Assembly (NCBI GenBank): GCA_902385155.1
Contig: CABMEP010000004.1
Location: forward strand, 1-44,911
Direction of reading: 5' to 3'
DNA: 44,911 nt
From: an uncultured archaeon
GTDB taxonomy: Archaea > Micrarchaeota > Micrarchaeia > CABMEP01
Of the stretch, positions 1-8,821 are shown in pieces. Within the stretch, counting starts at the first letter, position 1. Each line of letters begins with the position of its first letter. Under the pieces are notes generated by a model that was given only the letters and a program-made list of their open reading frames with translations, was not told the origin of the DNA and made no database searches. The position numbers and the translations under genes were made by a program.

Positions 1-657
1 AAGAAGCTCGGAGACATCAAGGACCTGGTGGACAAGTCGCTGACCCTGAAGTCGCTGGGCCACATCCTGCTCTCGTACAGCCTCGCGGCGTACAGCTCGA
101 TAGAGCTCGTGCTCTCGCCGAATTTCAAGCAATTCGTCATGGACAAGCTTTCCAGCTTCTCTTCAGTGCAGCAGTTCCTCACCAACCAGTTCCCGGCGCT
201 GCAGTTGGTTGTCGGCGCACTGACGTTCAACCTGCTCATCGGGTCGTACAACCATTTCGTCGTGAACTACTTCAAGCGCAGGAAGCTCCGGAATAACATG
301 AAGAAGCTCGACGACGAGCTCGAGAAGTTCAAGGCTGAGCGTGACGAGCTGGACGACAAGATAAAGGCGTTCAAGCGGGAGAGGGACGCCAAGGTCAACG
401 ACCTCATAGAGAAGGCGCAGAAGGACATAGAGCGGCTGTACAAGGGCTACAATCTGGCGGTCGCCATGCCGATGATAGAGCACGCCATAGACATCGTCCT
501 CGAATCGAACATCAGGGAGGTCACGTTCTACACCGGAGGCAACCCGAACGTCCTGGAGCCGCTCGCGGAGAAGGTCGTCAGGGAAACGGGCACGGACGTC
601 GGCATCGACAGGATAAAGGAAATGATCGCCAAGCGCATAAAGGAGATCGATCTCTGA
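1..657 (+). CDS. hypothetical membrane plus coiled-coil protein, 5' partial (frame open to window edge)
   Basis: Frame 1 has no stop from nt 1. Hydrophobic segments (LLSYSLAAYSSIELVL, LQLVVGALTFNLLIG) are followed by a K/E/D-rich coiled-coil-like stretch (KKLDDELEKFKAERDELDDKIKAFKRERD). I recognised no family. Confidence 0.5.
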   Translation, partial: KKLGDIKDLVDKSLTLKSLGHILLSYSLAAYSSIELVLSPNFKQFVMDKLSSFSSVQQFLTNQFPALQLVVGALTFNLLIGSYNHFVVNYFKRRKLRNNMKKLDDELEKFKAERDELDDKIKAFKRERDAKVNDLIEKAQKDIERLYKGYNLAVAMPMIEHAIDIVLESNIREVTFYTGGNPNVLEPLAEKVVRETGTDVGIDRIKEMIAKRIKEIDL

Positions 658-681
658 TCCCGCCTTGCGGCGCACGCAACG

Positions 682-689
682 TATTTATA
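682..689 (+). promoter_or_regulatory. TATA-box-like element (TATTTATA) about 23 nt upstream of ATG 712
   Basis: A/T-rich octamer at typical archaeal TATA-to-start spacing, which suggests a leaderless transcript starting near ATG 712. Confidence 0.35.
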
Positions 690-711
690 CGACGTGGCAG
701 TAATACGTCCG

Positions 712-1674
712 ATGAGCAAGCGGAAAGGCAGGTCCCTGGCGAAGAACCAGGCAGCAGATGCGCATCAGACACAGTCTCCGCGGAACGAGTTTTGCAGGTT
801 CAGCCCCCTGAAAGAGGATGCCGAAACGGCACGCAGGGCCGAACGGAAAGTCCGGCACATATTCAATTCGATGATCGGCACGCTGAGGTCCATCTGCGAC
901 AGGCAGATGTATCTCCCGAAGGCGTCCAGGCGGGTGTCCGCGCTCTATACGAAGTACATCGAGCTCTGCGACGAGTTCCTAGTCAAGGGGAGCACCCCGT
1001 CCCTTCCTACGATAAGCGCGGAGAAGCGGACCACGCTGCAGAACTACGCGCTGCATGAGAAGCCGTTCTCGGTATTCATCGACTACTACAGGTCGCACCA
1101 TCTCTCCCCGGACTGCGACACCTGCCCGGACGAGCTCAAGACGATCGCGAAGGTTTACTACGAGATCCAGGAGATTTCAAGGGTCGTGCACCGTTTCAAT
1201 GAAGTGTTCTCCGATTCCGAGCCGCACCGCGTGCCGCACGGCAGCAACGAATACAATGCGCTGCGGATATGGATTGACTGGCTCCTGGACGCGTATCCTT
1301 CTTCGAGGAACGAGCCCGATGCAGTCACCAAATCGATATCGCTGGCGCACGATATGGTCAGGCAGAAGCCGCAGCAGCCGTATGCGGACGCCCGCAAGGA
1401 AGGGCTGCGCATACTCCTTAACCGAGTGAGGCGGATGACACTGAAGGTCGAGGAATTGCAGTCCATACAGGAAGACGTGAAGCAGCTTGACGACGCCCTC
1501 ATCTCGCTGTGCAAGATGCTGGATCGGGATACGGCCGACCAGTTCAATGAACTGCAGCGGTCGCTGAAAGAGAAATCCCTGTTCTACGCTTCCGGCACGA
1601 GCAGCACGGACGAAATCCCGGGCATCCTGAAAAACATAGAGGATTCCCTGCTCGGGTTATGGCCGAAAGACTGA
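712..1674 (+). CDS. hypothetical protein
   Basis: Long ORF with the same codon style as its neighbours. ATG 712 is preferred over the track's GTG 694 because of TATA spacing. No recognisable motif. Confidence 0.5.
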   Translation: MSKRKGRSLAKNQAADAHQTQSPRNEFCRFSPLKEDAETARRAERKVRHIFNSMIGTLRSICDRQMYLPKASRRVSALYTKYIELCDEFLVKGSTPSLPTISAEKRTTLQNYALHEKPFSVFIDYYRSHHLSPDCDTCPDELKTIAKVYYEIQEISRVVHRFNEVFSDSEPHRVPHGSNEYNALRIWIDWLLDAYPSSRNEPDAVTKSISLAHDMVRQKPQQPYADARKEGLRILLNRVRRMTLKVEELQSIQEDVKQLDDALISLCKMLDRDTADQFNELQRSLKEKSLFYASGTSSTDEIPGILKNIEDSLLGLWPKD

Positions 1675-1696
1675 ATGCCGGGAGACTGCCAAGGGC

Positions 1697-2503
1697 TCAT
1701 GTCTTCAGAGCCGGCATCTTCTTTTTCTCCTCTTCCTTCTTTTTCTTCATGGGCGAGGGAAGCCTGAGTTTCGGCTCCTCTTCCTCCCCCATGTCTCCGC
1801 CGACGGTCCTGTCGTCGAACTTGCCCTTCTTCTCGAACTTGACCGCAGCGACGGCCTCATCCTCTGCGGCTTTGGGTTCGATCACCGGCGCCGACTGATG
1901 CAGGGCATCGATCGCTTTCTTTATCCGCTGGACTGCCGAGATGTTGACGAGAACCGCGAGGACCACGACAGCGTACGTCAGGTAGAGCGTGTCCACCGAT
2001 GCGAGCAGCAGCCCGAGGGCGTATACCGTGACCCTCTCAGCCCTTTCGAGCAGCCCGCCGCGTATCTCCTCAATGCCTAATTCCTTCTCCTTGGCGGCCG
2101 CCTTGGCGTATGTGGTCATCATGGCGCCGAAGAGATAGAGCAGCAGCCATGCCCTGAGCGGCAGGAAGACGGTGGGCAGGGCGAGGAACGCGAGCGGAAG
2201 GATGTAGAGGAATTCCGCGTACCTGTCCGCGATCGTGTCTATGTACGCCCCTTCCTTGGTCACGCGGCCGGTGTGCCTCGCGACGGCTCCGTCTATGAGA
2301 TCGACGAATCCCGACAATGCGATGAACACCGCGCCCAGTACGAACTGCCCGGTGAATATGAACGCGGCCGCGATCACGGCCACCACGAGCGACACCATGG
2401 TCCACTGGTTCGGGGAGAGGCCGAGCTTGCTGAACACCTCGCCTATCTTCTTCCTGAAACCTGTGAGGGCCGAAGAGCCCTCTGACTTCTCGAACAGCGT
2501 CAT
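1697..2503 (-). CDS. CDP-alcohol phosphatidyltransferase family protein (archaeal polar-lipid head-group transferase) with K/E-rich C-terminal tail
   Basis: Signature D-G-x2-A-R-x8-G-x3-D-x3-D is present as DLIDGAVARHTGRVTKEGAYIDTIADR, with multiple TM segments. Start moved to ATG 2503 (MTLFEK), which follows GTGATCATT. The track's start at 2512 is the GTG inside that SD. Confidence 0.85.
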   Translation of the reverse strand: MTLFEKSEGSSALTGFRKKIGEVFSKLGLSPNQWTMVSLVVAVIAAAFIFTGQFVLGAVFIALSGFVDLIDGAVARHTGRVTKEGAYIDTIADRYAEFLYILPLAFLALPTVFLPLRAWLLLYLFGAMMTTYAKAAAKEKELGIEEIRGGLLERAERVTVYALGLLLASVDTLYLTYAVVVLAVLVNISAVQRIKKAIDALHQSAPVIEPKAAEDEAVAAVKFEKKGKFDDRTVGGDMGEEEEPKLRLPSPMKKKKEEEKKKMPALKT

Positions 2504-2756
2504 AATGATCACTGCATCACTCAGCGCATCAGCGCTTATATTGATTATGATTAATCGCGCGGATCACCCGAAATCCCGAATGGATAGGAATATTAACGCT
2601 AGCGCGGAAGAGAGGGTGTGATGATACGAGGTATTCCTGAGCGCGCGATTTCTACCGATTTTGTGCGCGATGAAGTCAAGAGGATAATCTGAGCCCATTC
2701 ATATCCGTTAAAACCTCGTTCCTACTTACATTCTGCGCGGCAGAGCCAGTGATGCG

Positions 2757-3917
2757 ATGGAAGTGCCTCTCGAGAAGCTGAAGTTCGCGATGCGATACCC
2801 TTTCACGAGGGCAGCCAAGGAGATCATGTCGTCGAGGGCGGTGAAGATCGACTTCCGCGTCATGGAGAGGGCGACGAAGCGCGTCGCCGACGGGATACTG
2901 CGCGAGAGCATTCCTGTCCTTGAGACGAGCGACCGGTCCCTGCTGGAGGCGGAGCTCCTCTCCTATCCTATCGCGAGAATGATCGTCTCCTCGTTCGATT
3001 CCCCCTTCCGCCACCGCTACATCAACGGCGAGGTGAACCGAGTCAGGACGTATCTCTTCCCCCCCGGCGCGAGCGAGCCGGACATGGCCGAGGCCGAGAG
3101 CCTTGCGGACGAGCTCGGCATCGAGCACAGCGGCACGGTGGTGTCCCTCCGCTCCTATCTCCTCAGCATCCCGAAGGATCTCGACTGCAGGCTCATACTC
3201 CAGAGGGTGCATGACGGCAACGTCATCCTCGACGACAGGAAGTTCCTCCTCGTTGCGGGGGAGGCGAGCAGGAACCTTGTGGAGACAGGACTTCCCATCA
3301 TGCCCGATTCCATTCCCGCGGAGCTGAAGAAGGACGTGCAGACCGCCATCAAGGACGTGGAGGTCCAGCTGAAAGGGATGCAGGAGGCCCAGCAGCAGAG
3401 GGCGGCGATCGCCGCGAGGGCGAGCGGCGTGATGGCGCCCTGCATGACGAAGATCATAGAGCGCGCGAGGGCCGGAGAGAATCTTCCCCATTTCGCGCGC
3501 GTCGCGATAGCGACCTATCTCTTCAAGATAGGGAAGAGCATCGAGGACATAATGGAGATATTCTCGCACACCCCGAATTTCAATGACAAGACCACGCGCT
3601 ACCAGCTGGAATTCATACAGAAGAAGGGATACAGCCCGCCGTCATGCCAGAACATGGACACCTACGGCCTTAGGCTGCCGGAATGCAAGTGCCTCGGCGT
3701 GACGAAGGTCAAGAACCCGATGCAGTACGGATTCAAGCGCACGAGCAGGAGCGCATCGAAAGGGGAAGGCGAGGGCGGGGGCAAGTGGGGCGGCAGGCGA
3801 ACACGGTCATCCGGTTCCTATGTCGGGGGCAGCTCCAGCGACTCCTACGGGGACACGGGCGGCGGCGGGATGAGGAGGCGCAGGGGAAGCGGAGGATTCG
3901 GTGAAGTAGATGGATGA
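2757..3917 (+). CDS. priL: DNA primase large subunit PriL with G/R/S-rich C-terminal tail
   Basis: C-terminal Fe-S domain pattern (APCMTKIIERARAGENLPHFARVAIATYL...YSPPSCQNM...LPECKC). Its stop overlaps the priS start (ATG 3910, TGA 3915-3917). Confidence 0.85.
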   Translation: MEVPLEKLKFAMRYPFTRAAKEIMSSRAVKIDFRVMERATKRVADGILRESIPVLETSDRSLLEAELLSYPIARMIVSSFDSPFRHRYINGEVNRVRTYLFPPGASEPDMAEAESLADELGIEHSGTVVSLRSYLLSIPKDLDCRLILQRVHDGNVILDDRKFLLVAGEASRNLVETGLPIMPDSIPAELKKDVQTAIKDVEVQLKGMQEAQQQRAAIAARASGVMAPCMTKIIERARAGENLPHFARVAIATYLFKIGKSIEDIMEIFSHTPNFNDKTTRYQLEFIQKKGYSPPSCQNMDTYGLRLPECKCLGVTKVKNPMQYGFKRTSRSASKGEGEGGGKWGGRRTRSSGSYVGGSSSDSYGDTGGGGMRRRRGSGGFGEVDG

Positions 3918-4131
3918 GGAGACATTCGTCAGGGAGAGGTTCAAGTCATACTACGCCAGCCACTGGACTAGGTCGCCGCATAGCGTCGGCTCCCGTGAGT
4001 TCGGCTTCGGCAGCTGGACGAAGACGATCGAGTCCAGGCACTATGCGTTCGCTAACGAGAAGGAGATGAACGCCTACCTCCAGCGCAACGTGCCGTTCGT
4101 CATCTCGTACTCGGAGGCGTTCTACAGGTAA
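3910..4131 (+). CDS. priS: DNA primase small (catalytic) subunit PriS, N-terminal fragment ending at an in-frame TAA
   Basis: FKSYYA...REFGFGSW...NVPFVISYSEAFYR matches the PriS N-terminal region. Terminated by TAA 4129-4131, in the same frame as the next fragment. Confidence 0.75.
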   Translation: MDEETFVRERFKSYYASHWTRSPHSVGSREFGFGSWTKTIESRHYAFANEKEMNAYLQRNVPFVISYSEAFYR

Positions 4132-4179
4132 CCCGCCGGCCGGCCCATACAGAAGAAGGACTGGAACGGCGGCGAACTG

Positions 4180-5073
4180 GTGTTCGATATCGACGCCAAC
4201 GAGCTCGGGTGCGAATGCGTCAAACAGCATGGCAGCGACTGGGTGTGCGACGTCTGCATGTCCCGCGCGAAGGAATGCGCGATGAAGCTCATCGACGAGT
4301 TCCTGGCGAAGGAGTTCAAGGTGCCGAAGGATGAGATCGAGATCAACTTCTCCGGCAACAGGGGATACCACGTCCATGTCACGTCCGGCTACGAGAGGGT
4401 CAGGGGATACGCGCGGAAGGAGATCGCGGACTATGTCAACGGCAACGGCATCGAGTACGACAACATTTTTGTCGAGGACAAGGTCAGGCGGAAAGTGGTC
4501 GGGCCGAAGCCTTCTGACGGCGGATGGAAGGGAAGGATCGCCACCATGTTCATCCATCAACTGAAGAACAGGACGCTGGAGCGCCTCGGCATCACGAAGG
4601 CTACCGCCAGGAAATTCTACGACCGGACGGACGCGGCCGACAAGATCGAAGGCGGCAACTGGGAGTGGGTCCACATCACCGACAAGAAGAAGTTCTTCGC
4701 CACGCTGTTCGAGGCGGTGAAGAAGGAGAAGGGATGCTTCGTCGACGAGGGAGTCACGTTCGACACCAGCAAGCTCATCAGGATGCCGGATAGCATCCAC
4801 GGCAAGACGGGCCTTCTCGCCCAGCACATACCGATCAACGATCTCGCCAAGTACGACTGGACGAGGAAGGCGGTCATATTCAACGCCAACATAGTGGAGC
4901 TGCACGTCGTCAAGTCGCAGAGATTCACCCTCATGGGAAAGACGTTCGGTCCGTACGAGGGCCAGCTGGTCGGCCTCCCTGAGTACGCGGCGGTCTATCT
5001 CCTGTGCAAGAAGGCGGCAATCCTCCCTGAGAACGTCCAGAAAGCGGAACCCGCGCCCCAGGCCCCAGTGTAG
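4180..5073 (+). CDS. priS: DNA primase small subunit PriS, catalytic fragment (conserved coding sequence actually resumes at 4132)
   Basis: (L)VFDIDA catalytic DxD motif, Zn-knuckle-like CECVKQHGSDWVCDVC, FSGNRGYHVHV and IRMPDSIHGKTG motifs. The track's start at 4180 is a GTG one residue before the DxD motif. Confidence 0.8.
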   Translation: MFDIDANELGCECVKQHGSDWVCDVCMSRAKECAMKLIDEFLAKEFKVPKDEIEINFSGNRGYHVHVTSGYERVRGYARKEIADYVNGNGIEYDNIFVEDKVRRKVVGPKPSDGGWKGRIATMFIHQLKNRTLERLGITKATARKFYDRTDAADKIEGGNWEWVHITDKKKFFATLFEAVKKEKGCFVDEGVTFDTSKLIRMPDSIHGKTGLLAQHIPINDLAKYDWTRKAVIFNANIVELHVVKSQRFTLMGKTFGPYEGQLVGLPEYAAVYLLCKKAAILPENVQKAEPAPQAPV

Positions 5074-5133
5074 CTTATTTTCACGCAAAGCAAAGGTTTA
5101 TCTTCAACTTATCTGATATTATAACGTGAGATA

Positions 5134-5751
5134 ATGCAATTGAAGCCAGACAACTCGAACCTCAAATCGACGGATCGCTCCGGCCAGGGCGCGCGGTCGG
5201 CCATGCCGGCAGTGAAGACCGACTCGCTGCCGCGGGCCCAGATACAACTGCCGGAAGCAGACATAGAAGCGATAAAGAGCATAACCCGGAAGAGGGATCC
5301 AGACCTGGCTTATTCCATCTCGATATCATCTTTAGCTCTTCTCATCAGGCACAACAGCCTCGTGTACAGGCAGGCTGCCGCATGGGCGCTCGGGATCAGG
5401 GGGGAAGCGGAGACCGCATCCATCCTTGCGACGGCGCTGAACCCCAGGGAGAATTGGATGGTGAAGAGGGAGATCGTCAATTCATTAGGGCTTAAACTGT
5501 GCCAGACATCGATCGATGCGTTGAAACCGGCGCTCAAGGACAACAGCCACTGCGTCCGCGTGGCTGCCGCGAAATCGCTCGGAAAGCTCAAGGCTTCGAG
5601 TGCCAAGACTGAGCTGGCTAGCCTAGTGAAAGATGATTCAGAACCCATAGTGAGGGGCGCGGCCATCAAGGCTCTCGCGGACATAGAGCGCGCGGAACAG
5701 CTGGCGCAGCGTCAGAATACCAACTCCGAAACCGGCAGCTGTTCCCAATAA
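5134..5751 (+). CDS. HEAT-repeat (PBS-lyase-like) protein
   Basis: Repeated units: VYRQAAAWALG, VKREIVNSLG, VRVAAAKSLG, VRGAAIKALA. Confidence 0.7.
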   Translation: MQLKPDNSNLKSTDRSGQGARSAMPAVKTDSLPRAQIQLPEADIEAIKSITRKRDPDLAYSISISSLALLIRHNSLVYRQAAAWALGIRGEAETASILATALNPRENWMVKREIVNSLGLKLCQTSIDALKPALKDNSHCVRVAAAKSLGKLKASSAKTELASLVKDDSEPIVRGAAIKALADIERAEQLAQRQNTNSETGSCSQ

Positions 5752-5855
5752 GGCAGAAACAGATCCGAGAAAACCGCGGAAAGCTGAAGCAGGAGCTCTT
5801 CGAATAGCCTGCCGGGCGGAGCAAGCAATTAATACCTATACATCGAATCCTCATC

Positions 5856-6413
5856 ATGGAAGAGCTGACATACGATGAGCTCAGGCGCGTCCATGCGCGC
5901 GAGAAAGGACCGACCATCTCAGCGATCCAGCCTGACTTCTATGTAATGGCGGGCAGACTGCTGTCCACCTACAACAGGTCGGACGCGTCCGGCATGAGGG
6001 AATACAACAACGTTTTAAAAATGCTGAAGTATATCTACTACAGAAGGCTTGAGAAGATAGTGAACTCCTCGATCAGCTCCTTCAGGGGCGTCGAGACTCC
6101 TCCTGAGATGCTTCCAAGAGAGAGGGAGCTGTATGAGAGGATCGTCTCCCTCGTAAAGACGGACGAGAGGGCCGTGGACGATGTGATGCTCTGCCCCCTG
6201 GATGCGATGTGCGATCCGGAAGGGAAAGCGCCCGTCGTGGAGTCCCGCGGGGCCTTCATGAAAGTGAAGATATCCAAGGACGTGGACGAGTTCGTCGGCC
6301 TGAACGGCAAGACATTCGGCCCGTACAGGGTCAATGACGAGGTCGAACTCCCGCCGGAAGAGGCGGAGTCTCTCGTCAAGATGGAGTCCGCCGTGAGGAT
6401 AAGGAAGGAATAA
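5856..6413 (+). CDS. GINS complex subunit, Gins51(Gins15)-like
   Basis: N-terminus MEELTYDELRRVHAREK...IQPDFY plus RRLEKIV...E.ELYERI resembles the archaeal Gins51 A-domain, followed by a small C-terminal B-domain. Sits next to primase genes, as in many archaea. Confidence 0.6.
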   Translation: MEELTYDELRRVHAREKGPTISAIQPDFYVMAGRLLSTYNRSDASGMREYNNVLKMLKYIYYRRLEKIVNSSISSFRGVETPPEMLPRERELYERIVSLVKTDERAVDDVMLCPLDAMCDPEGKAPVVESRGAFMKVKISKDVDEFVGLNGKTFGPYRVNDEVELPPEEAESLVKMESAVRIRKE

Positions 6414-6486
6414 AAGGACGGGTCTGGTTATCTGTTCCGCAAGCAGTTCATGCTAACATGGATGTATGTTGATAGGAAGTGATGAT

Positions 6487-6825
6487 ATGGCGAAGATCGT
6501 TGACACAATAAGGACTTACTGCCCGAAGTGCAACAAGCACACGCTGCAGAAGGTCAAGCTCTACAAGAAGGGCAAGCAGTCCCCGTTCTCGGTCGGACAG
6601 GCCAGGTACGACAGGAAGCTCACAGGCTATGTCGGAAAGGTCAAGGGTAAGAAGTCCGTCAGGAAGATCGGGAAGCACCAGAAGATCATACTCGAGTGCC
6701 CGACCTGCAAGAAGAAGCAGGAGCGCATCATCGGCACGAGGACCAAGAAGGTCCTCGAGGTGGTGAAGAAGGGCGCGCTGCTCTCCAAGGAGGAGAAGAA
6801 GGCTTCGACGCGCAGCACGACATAA
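6487..6825 (+). CDS. rpl44e: 50S ribosomal protein L44e (eL42)
   Basis: YCPKCNKHTLQKV...KGKQSP...RYDRK..GY.G...ECPTCKK Zn-ribbon pattern. Start ATG 6487 follows GTGATGAT. Confidence 0.9.
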   Translation: MAKIVDTIRTYCPKCNKHTLQKVKLYKKGKQSPFSVGQARYDRKLTGYVGKVKGKKSVRKIGKHQKIILECPTCKKKQERIIGTRTKKVLEVVKKGALLSKEEKKASTRSTT

Positions 6826-6847
6826 GCGCGTCATATTTGGTGATTGA

Positions 6848-7021
6848 ATGGACAAGAAATCAGAGACGAAATTCCTGGTCGTGAAGCACGAGTGCGGCAA
6901 CGAGCAGCACGTGTACGACAGCGTCAAGACCGTTGTCAAGTGCACGATGTGCGGCAAGCCGATCGCGAAGCCGACCGGAGGCCTCGCCGAGATCATCGGC
7001 AAGGTCGTGAAGACAGAGTAA
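6848..7021 (+). CDS. rps27e: 30S ribosomal protein S27e (eS27)
   Basis: 57-aa ORF absent from the track (too short): MDKKSETKFLVVKHECGNEQHVYDSVKTVVKCTMCGKPIAKPTGGLAEIIGKVVKTE. Conserved CGNEQ...VKC..CG...PTGG core, in the canonical L44e-S27e-aIF2alpha position. Confidence 0.85.
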   Translation: MDKKSETKFLVVKHECGNEQHVYDSVKTVVKCTMCGKPIAKPTGGLAEIIGKVVKTE

Positions 7022-7033
7022 GGCGATTGGATA

Positions 7034-7792
7034 ATGGCCAACAAGACGACACCCGACATTGACGAGCTGGTGATAGTCACTGTCAAGAAGATATTCCCCT
7101 ACGGCGCGTTCTGCCAGATGGAGGAATACAACAGGGAGTGCTTCCTGCACGTCTCCGAGGTGTCGTCCGGATGGGTCAAGAACATCAGGAACTTCTTGAA
7201 GGAAGGCCAGCGCGTCGTCGTCAGGATCTACAGGCTGGTCCCAGAGAAGAACATGATCGACGTGTCGCTCAAGAGAGTGAGCGATGCGGACACCAAGCGT
7301 AAGCTCGAGGGCTTCAAGCGCGACAAGAGAGTGTCCAAGCTCCTTGAGGTCGCGCAGTCCAAGATGAAGACGAAGCCCACGATGACGATAGCCGAGGTAT
7401 CCCAGAAGATGGTGGTGGAGTTCGGGGACGCGTTCAGCGGATTCGAGGTCGCAGCGTCCGACGGTGAATCGGCGCTCACCAAGATAGGCATAACCTCGGA
7501 CTGGGCGGCCGCGATCACAGCCATCGCGAAGGACAACATCAAGAAACAGGTCAGGCGGATCACAGGCATACTCACATTGCAATGCACGGGCGAGGACGGG
7601 ATCAACGTGATCAAGTCATTGCTCGCCATAGACGGCGCGGAGGTCGCGTACCTCGGCGCCCCGAATTATCTGCTCGCGGTCGAGGGAGACGACTTCAAGA
7701 AGTGCGAGAAGAAGATGAAGACCATCGTCGACTCGGTCACCAAGACCGCGGAGAAGAAGGACTGCTCGGTGAAGTTCGAGAGGAACGAGTGA
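7034..7792 (+). CDS. eif2a: translation initiation factor 2 alpha subunit (aIF2-alpha)
   Basis: N-terminal S1 domain (ELVIVTVKKIFPYGAFCQMEEYNRECFLHVSEVSSGWVKNIRNFLKEGQ), typical length and operon position. Confidence 0.9.
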   Translation: MANKTTPDIDELVIVTVKKIFPYGAFCQMEEYNRECFLHVSEVSSGWVKNIRNFLKEGQRVVVRIYRLVPEKNMIDVSLKRVSDADTKRKLEGFKRDKRVSKLLEVAQSKMKTKPTMTIAEVSQKMVVEFGDAFSGFEVAASDGESALTKIGITSDWAAAITAIAKDNIKKQVRRITGILTLQCTGEDGINVIKSLLAIDGAEVAYLGAPNYLLAVEGDDFKKCEKKMKTIVDSVTKTAEKKDCSVKFERNE

Positions 7793-7829
7793 CCTCTCCG
7801 ATTTTGCCGAGCGAGGAAGAGGGTCCATT

Positions 7830-7979
7830 ATGAAGCTCAAGAGATGCCAGGTCTGCGGGGATTACACCATGCAGCCGAAGCATCACGACAAGCCGACCGT
7901 CACGGCGCACCCCATCTCGTCAGGGGTCGGCAAGCATGTGGAGCAGAGGGTGAAGATGAGGTCAAGGAAGGATGATTGA
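7830..7979 (+). CDS. nop10: H/ACA RNP protein Nop10 (divergent)
   Basis: 49-aa ORF not in the track: MKLKRCQVCGDYTMQPKHHDKPTVTAHP.... It has the C..CG.YT and AHP hallmarks and the canonical position after aIF2alpha. The second Cys pair is absent. Confidence 0.6.
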   Translation: MKLKRCQVCGDYTMQPKHHDKPTVTAHPISSGVGKHVEQRVKMRSRKDD

Positions 7980-7980
7980 C

Positions 7981-8811
7981 ATGGCCAAGAGATCAGAATC
8001 CGAGCGCGCATCGTATTTCCCGCCGAAGGACGGCGTCAGGACCAATTTCGAGATAATAGCGCCGATCGGCAGGCTGGTCGACCCGATACTGATAGAAGGG
8101 CTGCCTGGCATCGGATTCGTCGGCAAGCTCGCGGCGGAGCATGTGGTGGACGACCTCGGCGCCAAGAAGGTCGCGACGCTCTACTCCCATCACTTCCCGC
8201 ATCAGATACTCATCAACAAGGACGGCACCATCAAGATGCTCACCAACGAGCTCTACATCTACAAGGATCCGAAGAAGAGGAACGACCTCGTCATACTCAC
8301 GGGCGATGTCCAGCCCACCACCTCCAAGTCCCAGTACGAGGTGATGAACATCATACTGGACTTCTTCGCGGATACAGGGGGCAGCAGGATCATCACGCTC
8401 GGCGGGTACGGCATGGGCAAGCTCGTGGAGAAGCCGCGCGTGTTCGGGGCGGTCACAGACAAGAAGGACATCGACGCGTACAGGAAGCACGGGGTCTCCT
8501 TCGGAGAGGTGGAAGGCTCCATCATAGGGGCCGCCGGCATGCTCCTTGGCCTAGGCAGGCTGAAGGGGATGAATGGCATCTGCCTCATGGGCGAGACCCA
8601 TGGCAACTACATCGACCACAAGTCAGCCCAGCGGGTCATCGAGGTCCTGTCGTCGATCGTCGGCATGAAGATCAACACCGACAAGCTCGGCAAGAAGGCC
8701 AAGGAGAGCGAGGGCATGATCAAGAAGCTCGAAGAGGAGCTCGCCAAGGGAGAGACTGCCCAGCCTATCGAGATGCCGAAGAAGAAGGAAGACCTATCAT
8801 ACATCAGATAA
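7981..8811 (+). CDS. PAC2-family proteasome assembly chaperone-like protein
   Basis: IEGLPGIGFVGKLAAEHVV....LYSHHFP...VILTGDVQP...ITLGGYG pattern. Usual neighbour of nop10 in archaea. Confidence 0.75.
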   Translation: MAKRSESERASYFPPKDGVRTNFEIIAPIGRLVDPILIEGLPGIGFVGKLAAEHVVDDLGAKKVATLYSHHFPHQILINKDGTIKMLTNELYIYKDPKKRNDLVILTGDVQPTTSKSQYEVMNIILDFFADTGGSRIITLGGYGMGKLVEKPRVFGAVTDKKDIDAYRKHGVSFGEVEGSIIGAAGMLLGLGRLKGMNGICLMGETHGNYIDHKSAQRVIEVLSSIVGMKINTDKLGKKAKESEGMIKKLEEELAKGETAQPIEMPKKKEDLSYIR

Positions 8812-8821
8812 GGCGAGTCGG

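Noticed and set aside
2561-2573. 13-nt identical string GGATCACCCGAAA, also found at 42979-42991
   Set aside because: A single 13-mer match is within chance expectation for a 45-kb window. There is no extended similarity around either copy.
3946-5088. 380-aa minus-strand ORF
   Set aside because: Antisense shadow of priS. The plus-strand frame carries unmistakable primase motifs.
5134-5751. HEAT-repeat proteins (also 32186-32842) as deoxyhypusine hydroxylase, given the nearby DHS
   Set aside because: DOHH HEAT repeats carry His-Glu metal-binding pairs. The repeats here read YRQAAAWALG, VRVAAAKSLG and similar, with no HE motifs.
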